NCBI GenBank assembly: GCA_051362555.1
Contig: CM120646.1
Coordinates: forward strand, 14,570,001 to 14,634,000
DNA from: Lingula anatina
Taxonomy: Eukaryota > Animalia > Brachiopoda
DNA: 64,000 bases
Reading direction: 5' to 3'
Shown one piece after another: positions 41,203 to 54,155 of the stretch. The notes below the pieces were generated by a model. The model saw only the letters and a list, made by a program, of their open reading frames with translations, ran no database searches and was not told the origin of the DNA. Each line of letters begins with the position of its first letter. Positions within the stretch are counted from its first letter, which is position 1. Made by a program: the position numbers and the translations under genes.

Positions 41203-41476
41203 CCTGGATTGTACATCTAGTAGCTCACAAACAGAAAGTGTCCCTTATTTGGCGATCTTCATGGGTCTCCCTAAATATTGGGGAGCAAGCCTATTTTATA
41301 AGAAACCGTACTGGTTTCTGCTTAGTACATATCTGTGTAATTCTTATAAACCTGATTGTTTGAACTCTGTAAATATGTGCGCATGATTCTTGGAACAGAA
41401 ATAGCGCATGGCACCTACTACTGTATTTATCTTCTGTAGTCTTCGACAAAGATAAATTGGTATATATATATATACA

Positions 41477-42854
41477 CACACTGGACAAAAGAAGTGTCAC
41501 CCCTACTGAGCCAATACTATGGGGGAGATAAATGACTGTGGAATGATATGCTCCTGGTATCATTTTATTAACATCAAATTTCACAAAAAATCACAAAATG
41601 AGAACAAAATATACATTCTACCAAAATATGTAGTTTCAAGTCCAAAATTAGTACCTAGTGGCATAGCCACGTGACCTAATAATAGGTGCCAGTCTACGAA
41701 GCAAGGATTCATTTAATTGTCTGATGCGTTCAGGGCTTATGCTGGCCCAAGCATGAAACACTGAATATAACAGAGTTTCTCTGCTGGTTAGACGGGCATT
41801 TGTAAAAAGTTTTGACATATCATTCCACACATTTTCTATTATGTTTGTATCCGGACTCTGGGCAGGCCACATCACCCTGCGAATGTCCTGTTGGTCAAAC
41901 CAATCATCAACTGCTCTGGGCCTGTGACAAGGAGCATTGTCATCCTGGTGAACAGATGGATAATTCCTTTCACCAAACATGTTAGTAATAGATGGTAGCA
42001 AGCCTGACTCCAAAACATCGATATATTTCTAGTGATTCACGTTTCCATTTACCACTATCAATTCGCCCAAGCCATGGATGCTGATGCAGCCCCACACCAT
42101 GATGAATATGCTGCTCCAGGTTCGAAAATTCAGTGCATGTGGTTCAAATGCTTTACCAGCAGTTTGCCAGCATAGTACCCGTCTGTCATCAGAGGTCAGA
42201 CCAAAGAGACTCTCATCAGAAAAAATATATAGGACCAATTGTCATGGACTGTCCAGTCCCAGATCCTGTTGACCCTAGTTTACTCTTCGTTGCCTGTTTT
42301 GTAACGATATAAGAGGGTTTAGTCTTGCTACCCTGCTGTACACTCTCTGAGCATGTAACCGACGCCTAGCAATTTTCACAGACACATTCTTATGTGTGAA
42401 ATTGTTCTACTGTGTTGTCAATTACTGACAAGCAGTGTCGAACTTTGACAACCTGGACATCAAAATCAGTCGTCGGTCTTCACGGCCAGTATTTTTTCTT
42501 GGACGACCCATCAGAGGCAATTTGTCTCTTGATCCAGTGTTTCTATACCGAGACCAGACCCTCTGCACGGTTCTGACTGAACAATTCAATTGTATCGATA
42601 TTCTGACATTGCTTATATTCCGCCTCTTCAGGTTAATAACTTGCACCTAACCGTTAGATAATTACATGTATCTTGCCATATTGGAGGAAGACAGGAATAA
42701 CATTTGCTGTACATGTACAAGACCAACAATACAATTCCATGGTATAGCGGTTTTATAATCATTAGTCACATTATAAGTAGACCAGGCAATATAAGTACCC
42801 AAGATCTGCCTACTTTCATTACTCTGAGTTAGGGTGTGACACTTCTTTTGTCCG

Positions 42855-42859
<5 letters not shown>
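41477..42859 (-). mobile_element. Tc1-family (DD34E) DNA transposon, full length but with a broken transposase
   Basis: TIRs cacac(t/c)ggacaaaagaagtgtcac at both ends, flanked by TA runs. Minus-strand peptides include an HTH segment (VRTVQRVWSRYRNTG..GRPRKNT), IFSDES, MVWGCIS, QDDNAPCH and WPAQSPDTNIIENVW, interrupted by stops and frameshifts. Confidence 0.92.
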
Positions 42860-42904
<45 letters not shown>

Positions 42905-43635
42905 TCTCTGAACATGGATTAAGTCTACGGGAAGGAATGTTCCTTAACCTGGGACTGGCATTTACTGTAATTTGTGTAATTGCTACTCCAAAGTAGTGAG
43001 GGAACACTTGGAAAATCAGATATTAAAAAAAGTTAACTGTCCAGTAGCGGTTTATATCTGCTCTGTACAATGTCAGAGGGCGAGGGCTGCATCCAAATGA
43101 CACCAAATTGTAATCAAGTACCCTCACGTTGTATGAGGAATTTCCTCAATCTTTATCTTTGACAGCCCAATTATTTCTATTGCTAATATATCATACAGCT
43201 GTGCCATTTTTATTGCCGATTAATTAACTATATCTTTGAAAACTTAAACGCCTGATTTTCATAGAAAAGCAATAAAATTGTCTGCATTAATATTCTAACA
43301 CTAAAAATCGTCACGAATAAAAAAGTATTTTACGAAATCCATCGATCTGAAAATGATAGATCCCTACACCTGAGCACATTTTCGGTGCTTTGAACGCTGG
43401 TGTACCTAAAAATATTCAGGTAGATAACAGTAAAAGGCCTGGGGTGAAGATGCCAACTTCATCTTGAAATAGTGCTTATAATGTGTGATGTCTTTTAGAA
43501 TGACAAAGAAAAATATGAAATAAAATGCAAACGTTGGAAAAAGATGTTTACAAAGATGCATAAACTTAGAACGATCTGAACGAAACACGCTGTTAAATGA
43601 TTACAATTTAAAAAAGAAATCAGACAGTAGAGTAA

Positions 43636-43850
43636 GACTCTATTCCCATAGATTTTAGATCGATCTATCCCCGCGGGGAGTCTCACTAGATTACTTTCAG
43701 ATAATCCGACTTAAATGTCCGTCACGCCTACTACAAGCTGTAAGGGGATAATTAACTTTCGTGTCCGCCCGGCTGACAGCTATTTAGCGTGAACCCCCAG
43801 GGAGTTAGGTCGATCTAAAGTAGATCGATCTAATCTATGGAAATGGGGTG
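43636..43850. mobile_element. Tourist/PIF-Harbinger-like MITE (about 215 bp) with TAA target duplication
   Basis: Imperfect TIRs (ttcccatagattttagatcgatcta / tagatcgatctaatctatggaaatggggtg), with TAA at 43633-35 and 43851-53. The paralogous empty site acagtcgtgTAAggttccg is at 35882-35900. Confidence 0.8.
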
Positions 43851-44029
43851 TAAGGTTCTGTTGATTGGATGAGTAAGCTTTTTGCCCTATCAGCAGCCCG
43901 TGACAGGTACGGACATGTACGTTCCAGTGATAACCTCACCTCCCCTGGTGCCATTACCTGAGGACAGGTGAATGCGTACGTTACAAAACCCTTTTATTAT
44001 TGAACTTTTTTTGGCTTTCTCTTTGCTCA

Positions 44030-44259
44030 CTAGGGGTGCTTTCCCAGAGATTTAGATCGATCTAAAGATTAAGATTTAGATCGACCTAACTCCCTGGGGG
44101 TTCACGCTAAATTGCAGTCAGCCGAGCGGGCACCATAGTTAATTACCCCCTTACAGCTTTTAGTAGGCGGGACAGACGCTTAAGCCGGCCAAGCTGACAG
44201 TAATTTAGTGAGACACCCCACAGGGATAGATCGATCTAAAAATCTATGGAAATGGGGTG
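44030..44259. mobile_element. Second copy of the same MITE, in inverted orientation
   Basis: Internal sequence is the reverse complement of 43636-43850. Ends ctatggaaatggggtg|tta. Absent from the paralogous region at about 36070. Confidence 0.75.
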
Positions 44260-45299
44260 TTAGTTACAATTGACGGCTTGTTTTCACCTCGTTGTAGACA
44301 CAATGGCAATGAGTAGGGGCTAGAGCTGTGGGAGCGGGCGCGCGTGTGTCTGTCAGAGAGGAGGGGGCGAGAGAAGTACATGTACCTACAGTGGAGTGAT
44401 ACAAATAGAATTATGTTATTCACAAATAAGAATTATGTTCAGTACATTTGCAACTGATATCTTTAAAAGAAAAATGTACTGTATCTGTCATGCACAGTAA
44501 TTAATGTGTTAAATGCTATATCACCTTAAAGTGAACCAATTTATTAATGGGGAAGGTAAAGACAAAACAATAAGAATTTTTAAAAAGTTTAATATAAAAT
44601 CAATATCGAGATTATCTATATTATAATAATATTATGAGCAAAATCACGTTAGGATATGGTCACAATCCGTCAATTTCTTGCTACGCGCGTCATTCAGGTC
44701 ACAAAAGAAACGCGCAGGAGTTTGAAACCACCATGTCTTCGAACATATGTAGTCACAAGCTACGAAACATCTCTCAGCCATAATTTACGGACTCTTGGCT
44801 GTCATTGACAAGCGTACTCAAAAGATGACAACCCTGATAAGCCTTTATAAGCACGTCAGCTTCCTGCAAAATGTCGTTACTTCTAAGTCAATCATTTAGG
44901 CGGTGACATGAAGAGTTCATGTTTACGGTCAAATCCTACCTGCAGGCCAACTGAGCATTGTAAAGGAATTACAATAATGTCGTTCATGGAAGTTAAATAG
45001 ATGACATAAACAATTGAATAAATCTAGTCAAATGCATGTTAAGCTAATAAACTGAGCTCTCATTATCTACCTGTACATGTGGACGAGTTTCCAAACTGCA
45101 GAAAACAGCCCATACACATTTAGCCATATTGTTGCATATTGATAGTCGTAATTAAATGCTACATTCTACTAGTGGAGATAAACGTAATTTAACGTTGGTT
45201 AAAGAATTGATTAGACAGGAAGTTGCTTCACATGGATTCACGAGGTTTCCCTAAGCTTCCCTAAGGTAAGATAAATGAATGGGTTTGGCCTCTTATCGG

Positions 45300-45560
45300 T
45301 ATTTTGGAAACTCATGAATATGGCCACTGCTGAAACCTCCTGAGCCTTGACACCATAAAAAGGCACGTGTCGTCTCTGGCACTAGTCTTCCTTGGGCGGC
45401 CACTTCGGTGTATCTTATGGACATCACCAGTGCCCTCCATCCTGCAAACATTACACACAGTCTGACAGCTATCTGGGTAACATTGATACCCTCCTCCCTC
45501 AGCGAGCAATACACCGGAAAAGACTTGAAACTGACGGGTCCCCCCATGTCACATAGTGCA
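45300..45560 (-). mobile_element. Tc1 transposase N-terminal fragment
   Basis: Peptide GTGDVHKIHRSGRPRKTSARDDTCLFMVSRLRRF contains the Tc1 GRPR(K) AT-hook and following helix. Confidence 0.6.
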
Positions 45561-48500
45561 CTATACAGGCGTTGCAGTAATTATGTCACCCCTCTATATA
45601 TGTGCAAGATTGTTGTTAGATCATGAAATTTCAAATGTGTTAGTTTAGCGAACGCAATTGTGTTGTATTGTATTGTCTCAAATACCGTATTCACACTATA
45701 TACAGAGTATTATAATGAGACTTGATATAATGAGATTATAATGGATGATGGGAGCAGATTAGCAGATTAAAGAGCTTCCTCTTGTGTCCAACGTAATTTA
45801 ATAATCACAAGCGTACTACAATGATCACAATCTTTACTGTATTCTACTCAAGGCTAGAAGGTGTGTTAATTTTATAATACGCGGATTTGAGTCGGTCTAC
45901 ATGAAATATCTACATGTAAAGCGACATGTAAAGCGATAGTTTCTTTAGGAACAAGCCCATATAATTCAGATAGATAAATATTGTATGTTCTGGATGCCAT
46001 TTTTGATTTCTTTTATTTGTTCTTATTTATTATGTTTTTCATTTTGACCGGGCGCGGTCAGTGGTTAGTTAAATCGGCCAGTTTTCATGTTCTGGAAAAA
46101 TAATTATTTCTGAGATAAAAAAAAAAACATGCTTTTTCCACACACCAAGTGTCAGTACCATGTTCTTGGGACACAAATCGAAATGCTTCAAAATCATTTA
46201 ACGCCGACATGACGAAAGAATAAAAGTTGTCAGTCAGAAGTTAAAATATGCATTCTCAGTTGTTTCGCCGATTTTGTTTGGATGGTTTTTTTAAAATTAA
46301 CACATTTTTTAAATGTTGCAAAATAAAAGCATGTGCAAGATTATCTGCCCTCTGAGACATTGTAGCGTGCTATGGTTTTGGCAAGCCTGTTTTCATTGTA
46401 AGTACGTGGTGACACTTTAGCTCGTTTGCGGTAAAGGGAGCGAGCAGGGTTTCTGATCCTTTCAAATCATTATGAATGGTAACTTGAGGAAGCGAATTAT
46501 GTCACTGAATGAGGCACACTGTCACGACACTCAGCATGGTAATGTCGATGTTCTGCAAGCAGCTTCAAACTGTTGGTTAGACCCTTCAAAAACATCCATC
46601 CGCATTTCGTTATGTAATTAGAGTCTGCCCTTTCAAATATCCTTATCTTAACTACATCCAGTAACAGCACATGCATTACATGTATAACAGTATGCCGGCA
46701 AGGGGAAAACGCATTTTAACAATCATAACACTTCTGCCTAACGTATGTTTTCTACCCATTGTTGTTCCAACACACAGATGTTATAAAAATATTTTTAAAA
46801 AATCAAATTCCTTACTGTCTATGCGGGGTAGATAATCATTCCCTGGCTGTTCAAATAGGCGTGTGAGAATTCAGTTAATATGATGGCATTCAGTGAGATT
46901 CCAAGTTCAGTTGGATCGATCTATCAAGAAGAAATGTTTTATTTGTAACATATAAGACACACAATGCATGTTATCCCTTCTTGGTGGAGATCACAGATGT
47001 GTTTGTTGAGATACTTGGTCACAACAAAACACATTCTGTCTTATAAATATCACAAACCAAACTGAGTAGCAACATCCCTCAACTTTAATCTTCTGCATCC
47101 CCAAAACAGATAATAATGAATGAGAAAGAAAATCAGAATAAAATGTAAATCTTGCTGCCATCACCTAATCACCGAAAAGGGATTTAAAAAAATTAAAAAC
47201 GCCCTTTCGGCTGGAAAAAGGATCACTCTGAATCAAAGTTTTGATCCAGAATTATTGCCATTTGTCAAATGCAGTGAACTACGGGTTTTGAAAAGCTCCA
47301 TTAACCCCCCCCCCCCCAGCCCATGTTTGACAGTGCCGGCCATAGGTCTGAAACAGTGAACATGCACATGCATACCCTACTGATCATCTACCTGTATCCA
47401 GCGACAGCTTCCTAACTGCCTTCCTCAGTACGTTCATGTCACAAGTGTTTCCCCAATTTATGATTAACGAAAATATAGCAAAGTTATCTAGATATTATGC
47501 AGTTCTTTCTCTCTCATCTCAGAATTCAATTTTTTGTAAATCCACAGAAAAACAACTTGTCTAGCCTGTCCACAGAAGTGTTGAAAGTAAAATGCCACAG
47601 TTAAGTACGTCCTTGGCACTTAAAAATCGCAAACGTAGAAAAACTGACCATAAGACAGCTTCCATAGCAACGTATATTAAACTTATTGCATTTCTCAACA
47701 ACTGAGAACTGATCCTGTCAATATGTTCACAGGGCAGTGTATAGTTACTCAGGCTACACGGCAGCAAGTTTGGTGTATCACTCTGAATTTTGTTTGCATT
47801 TTAAAGCCACTGATAAGTACACCTTTGAATAGAGGGGAAAACTGTGCCAAACAGAGGATCGCCAGGGGTTAATTTGATTCTTGACTCACATTTTTATATC
47901 TATTCAATTAAAAAAACTTAACTTATGATTTTGAAAAATGCTTGTTTTTGTTTACACTGAAAGTGTGCTCCTATTATAACTGTGTGAAAGTAACAAAATC
48001 AGTGTTTTGATTGAAATAAGGTAGTAAACATCATGTAAATGGACATATATGAAATATTCAGACCAAAAGTCTATATGTGAAAAGAAAACCAATTCTTTGG
48101 TTTCATTTTAAAATATATTCATATGTCACAAACATAGTTTTGGAAAGGAAACATTTGACCCAATATTTGAAAACTCTCCCTGAGAATGCACTGGGCTTTT
48201 GAGTAAAAATGATAAATGATTGGTATGTACAAAAAACATTGGTTTGAATTCAGTCTCTCTATTATAGTCTAACCAAGAGTCAATATGTCAACTTTGTTAT
48301 AATAAATGTTTTGTGGCACATCTGCATACAACACTTGTCAAGTGTATTGTCTACGAACTCTGAATTCAATCCATTGGACTTTTGTGTATTTTGTTACAGT
48401 AAAATTTACAAATAAATTACGATTAATATTACGTGGAATGCCCTTTATTCACACTACCAGTAAAATCCCCGGTGTATTCTGCAAGTGAAAGTTTTGCAAG

Positions 48501-49082
48501 AAATAAAGAAAGTGATAGCTATGTCAATACAATATTTACGAAAATCATCTCCTTACTATTCCATTTACGTTTACATCGAAAAATCTACGCACATGTCCTA
48601 ACACCAATATTCCCGAAATTGTCAGAGACGTTGCTTCTATGCTCTTCTCAATTTGCTCGCTATTTATTAAGCTTCATTATCACAAACATATTAAACCACC
48701 ATCTTGCCATTATTTCATTGTTTAAAATTATAATATATTTTCATGCAGACATTGCACCTGCGACATACTGATCTCAACTACTGATTGTCTTTATTGCAAG
48801 AGGTCAGCATGGGAAAACGCATCATGACAAGCTTTCATGTATTTTTATGTGTTTGACCCAGTAATATTCTGTAAGTGCTTTAGAAATCAAATTCTTTTTC
48901 ATGCAACTTTTAAGCCACTGTCTACTATCTACGTTAAGAGGAACACAGTTCAAGGGGGATGAAAGGTCTTCCAAATTCCTATTACCCCTTGATGCTAAAA
49001 CCTATAGATCTTAATTCAGTATCTCATTTTAGCCCTCAAATACTTCCATGGAAATGAATTTTTGATAAGACAATCTTACATT

Positions 49083-50145
49083 TTAAATGTAAGTAATGAT
49101 AATTGCTATCAAAGCCTGCAATAACATTTGATTGTATTGGGCTCCAGAAAGAGAAGATAAGGGGCGATCGGGATTCCGTCTTCCAGATGGGGTATCTGCA
49201 GAGGAACTTCCGTTTCTCACGACACTGACGTCAAAATCTATTCCTTTGTAAGAAATCTGACGGTGAGAATTCTTTATAAAAGCTTCAACTTGATCCAGGA
49301 AGTCCTCAAACAATTGTTTAGCATCACGCACACGACGGACGCTCTGCTTGAGCGTAATTGGTACTGTAACCATCATGTTCTCTCTCTCATTAAAGGGTAG
49401 GGAGCACCACCCATCACGAAATCCTCCCTCTGTTTTGGTCTTCCACGCGCCACGTGGTGAAAAGTGAGATAAATCTACCTCTCCAAAAATCGTGAAGTCA
49501 ATGAGACAGAGTGGCATTAGTTCACATGGACTTTTAACGGGTTGTTTCGGACTGAGTTTAAAAGTCAAGTTGAATTTCAAGTTCATGATGAAATCAAGGG
49601 GCAGAGAGCACCACTTTTCATCCACTTGACATTCTTCAGTCCGCTTACAGGTGTCCTGAAAATAAAATCCAAATGATTTAGGAGCAAGATGGTTATGTGT
49701 GATCATTTGGCCAACCACGAACAGGTGTTATGTGACAGAAAGTCCCCCATGAAAATGTGGTTCCCATTAGTTTTGCAAAGGTAAGTCTCGCCCCATTTTG
49801 ACCCCATTACGCCAGGCTAACCCTAACCTGTGTAATTAAATGGAGGGTGGACTCTATGTAACACAGACCCCTATTTCGTCACAACGGATCACATGCTTTA
49901 AAAAATTTTGTCAAATGTCACATTCAGTAATTTAGTGTCTACGTACTTAAAAATTGCAAACAGCAGTGATAGGTCAATTAGAAAGCAAATACGTATTTAA
50001 ATAAATAACAAGTTTTTCTGGATATGAAATACATTATGAAAACAAAGATAACACATTTATAATAAATACTTATTTCACATATTTGGATGGAATTAAATTC
50101 TTCAGAAGATTCATTTGAAGAATCTCTCTCTCTCTCTCTCTCTCT

Positions 50146-50186
<41 letters not shown>

Positions 50187-53177
50187 TTTACACTACAGTT
50201 GAAAGTAACATCATTGCGGAAAAAACGCCCGAGGAGTTTAAGCTGAGGAATAGCACGTGCTTACCTGATTCCAATTTTCTTTGCATTGTGCTTCTCTTTG
50301 ATAATCTATCAAAGCGGAAAGGCCTTGAGGTTCAAATCCCTTGCTCGCTATGTCACCTGCTGTTTAAAGATCAATCAATAATTTGATACAACAAAAAACA
50401 ATGAAGAATGTATAAAACACAAATTGAAAATTAAAACATAAAATGTAATAGTAATGAGTAGGGAAGAAATTATCTAATTTGTATTATCTTTTTCAAGACC
50501 TGACCAAGCATCAATGTTCCAAGAACAAGTAATCGTTTTTTCGATAAATAGCAACCGTGAACATTAATATAGGGTTCTTCAAAGGAGGTCGAAAAACTAG
50601 AATTACCTAGAAATCCCTTTACCAATTTCTTGAATTTAAAATACTTATATATGTACTATTGCAGTAAAAATTTAAAAACAGTATTAGAGCAAAAGACACC
50701 CCCCCCCCCTTTGTGCTATCAACCACTCCCACGCGTTTCTGTTTTAAACATTGGTGTGAATTGCTGCTGGGCTCGCGCCATAACTCTGTAAGTAAGTCAG
50801 AGTTAATTATGGCAAGGGTGTGAAATACAATCTTTTCCCGAAGTTTGCCTTACTTGTTTTACGTTTATTTTAGATATTCACTTCTTATTACGATGTAACA
50901 TCAAACAGAGGCATCATTCTGCATGTTTACTGATAAAACCAGAAGTAAGATTTTCAAGACGATTCTCAGGCACCAGGCTGGTGATGATTGATGCAGATAA
51001 ATAGGTGTATAAACGGCGGTGTTGAACGGTCTATAACTGGATATGTTAAGGCGAGGAAGATTTGTTTGAAATAGAAAACACAAATTTCAACAACAAAAAA
51101 CGCTGCAGTTACGTTTAACATCTTGAAATAGTTTATTCATCCAGATGCAGGGATTTTCTATGTGACAGCATCATTTCACAACAGGACAATGTTAATTTTT
51201 TTCATTATCTAAGCGGGTAAGAAAATACATCCCGTCGTATCCATCTCCCTCAATACCCAATCAAAAGAAGACCTTGTTAACCCTTTTCTTAAATCATCAT
51301 ATAGATAATTTTCAATGCATCTTTATGAATAAGATGCTAACATGCCAAATATTTTGACATTCATAAAACTACTTCTAATGGTTATTGAACCATTAATATA
51401 TACAACAATTTTTATCTAGTAATTTTATGTGCAAATATATATTTAGTTGTGTATTTATTTATTTATTTTAAAGTATTATAAAAGCAAGTTATTTCAAGAT
51501 ATTCAATGTATTTTAATTATTGTTTCTGCACTATTTGAACTAAATATACTTTTTGCATAACGTGCAAACAATCAATTGCATTGTTATACAAATTATAAGG
51601 ATGAATAATGTATACACCAGTCCAGGAATGAATTTATATTGGATTGACAAATAATGGGATACACAAAATTTAGTGGAGCAGTGACTTACAACTTATACCT
51701 CAGGGCTAAAATTAAGATTTTGCAACTAAGAAGACTCACCGTTTTCATTACAGCGCTGGATGCTTGGGAAAGTATCTGGATACAAATGGCAAAACCAACA
51801 GAATACATTCCGACCATAAGAGTGGCCATGAGGCCCTTCAAAATACGTCACTGACACGGGTCCAGAATTACAAAGACGTACAGATTCGGCGTCATATGTG
51901 AATTGGCACCCTCCATCGTTGGTTCCGCTCAAGGGTTCGTGTCCCCCATCAGGACCTATGCAAGGGCGTCCTGGGAGATGGTCCGGTGCGCCAAAAAACA
52001 ACATGCAATCTGGTGTCAAATGGATCTTCTCCAAAACTCCGGTAACGGTCGTAGCATCTTTGAAAACTTTGATTTGTGACTTGTGACACACAATCCTGGG
52101 CTTCCATGCTTTGTGAGCTGTCACGTTGTGACAGGTGGCGCAAAAAGAGTTTTTAAATGTGACGTTTGACTCTGCTGACGAGACGGGCAACACAACAGCT
52201 ATGTCATTGGACCAGCCTTTTAACTCGCATTTATTTCGAACTTCTTCATCGTGCCAATGGCTGGGACAGGAAGACACTACCCAGTAGTATCTGCTGTAAA
52301 CGTCTTCAATTTCTTGAGACCCCTGTAACCAACACTCTGTGTTATTTCGGTGGAGGTCAATCCCGGTAATTTTGGTATCGTTGCAAAAACGGTCATATGG
52401 CCAACAGCAATCACCAAACACGTCACACAAGTCGTCGCAGTAGCAGGTTACGAGGACGACGTCATTAGTTGACCCATCACCACGACTAGCACAGAACGGG
52501 ATGTTGACTGTTACGTTAAGCAGCATTAGTTCCCTCTGAGAATACACCATGGGAGAAGTTGGAGCAAATTGTTCTAATTTCGGTGAAGGGTTAGATAAAT
52601 GTCCTTGAGATACGTGACCGGTGCTTGCTTGACGTGTACTTGTTAAGCTTACGTTTGAGTTGAGGTTCGGGACCTCTGGAATGAAAGCAGGGTAGTTAAC
52701 CTGTACATTTGGAACTTCCTTCTGTGTTGTATGAACCTCATTGTTTGCGACCTTGTTTGTGGACGCGGCAGTAGCGACAAGCATACCATTTACAGCTGCT
52801 GTGTTCGCCCTAGTGACCATAGAAGATCCACTTTGGTTGACAGTAGGTGAATTACTTCTGTCGAACACAGGTGAGCTGCTTTTGTCGACAACGGGTGAGC
52901 CACTTTCGTTGACCATAGGTAAGTCACTTCCGGTGACCATAGGGGAGTCACTCTCAGTGATCCTGGGAACTCTTGTGCTTTTATGCCTAGGCCGTGTCGT
53001 TGTCAGCCGCTCTTCTCGACTACTGACAGACCTGGGGACAGTTGGAGTTGTAGACGTGATCATTGCAGAGTTGGACGGCGCCCTAGGAATCTTTGGCATT
53101 GACGCTTCCACTGGAATTTCCTTTTGTGAGTCAATCAAGTAATACACTACCATAACCAAAAGCATTAAGACCTTCAT
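49083..53177 (-). CDS. Secreted, probably GPI-anchored mucin-like protein with a somatomedin-B domain and Cys-rich domains, about 700 aa, 3 exons
   Basis: Minus-strand exons 51740-53177, 50265-50356 and 49083-49655 (GT-AG, 2103 nt, in frame). Signal peptide MKVLMLLVMVVYYLIDS, S/T/P-rich stalk, SMB CYCDDLCDVFGDCCWPYDRFC, WVVSSCP..LPVSS..TFKNSFCATCH domain, and hydrophobic C-terminus QMLLQALIAIIITYI. Confidence 0.8.
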
Positions 53178-54101
53178 TGCTGATGTGTCTCTTTCCTCTC
53201 AGTGCTCTTCTGTGTTATTTTGCGTAGTTCATTATATATATAACCGTTAGAGCCGACTTGCTGATTCGCTCTTACTTCAGGTCGGTAGGAACGTCGTTTT
53301 GGTTAGCTTTCGTGTTGACGTGACAGTGAATTAAGGCTCTAGCTAATCAGTATCATAGTACTACAAAAACAACATCACACCGTAAACAATTGCAAGGTAT
53401 CTTTTGCGTGATCCCCCTTTTCATATAAAGTCACGGTAAATTGTTATATTCATACTAACAGGAGATGCGGTAGGTGACAGACAATTTAATACATTTGGGA
53501 AACTGTGAAAACAAAAGAATATCACGTTTAAAATCACGTTCTGAAAATGCCCCTTTCAAATTAACGAGTTCATAATGTCGTGTTACGAGTAGGTTTTTCT
53601 TTCAGACAAAATGAATTTCTGGAACCTTCGCCACATTGTTCTCCCATTTCTAAAGAACAATTGTTTCAGATTTTAAGCAAAAACACACTCCATTGTTCAA
53701 ACCATGAACGTGTCATCAATCTGACGTGATTTCTTTTGTCGCAAATTAATAACGCACAGCTGAGCCCTAGTTTGTTTGTTTTTTTCACATTTTTCCTCAA
53801 AGTTTTTATCTGTTTACGTGAAATCACATTGCATAAAACGATCGCTCCATGCTTCCAACCCATGTAGAGTGTATGTAAGAGTTCACGCGGCCGGCTTCTT
53901 CATTTTCAAATGTCATTAGTATCGACTTTTCGTAACTGCTTGACGCGTTTAAACTTTACAAGCTCAGAAGTCGAGCACTAAAACCTTTCATAAAGATCTT
54001 TTTCTCAAAAATTCGTCAGTAAGTCAACATTTAGCATTTTAGGCCACTTTGAGCATTTGGTGAATAATCATGCAAATAATCACTTGTAATGATCACTTTT
54101 C

Positions 54102-54106
54102 GTTTT

Positions 54107-54152
<46 letters not shown>
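54102..54152. repeat. Poly-T tract
   Basis: Directly visible. Confidence 0.9.
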
Positions 54153-54155
<3 letters not shown>

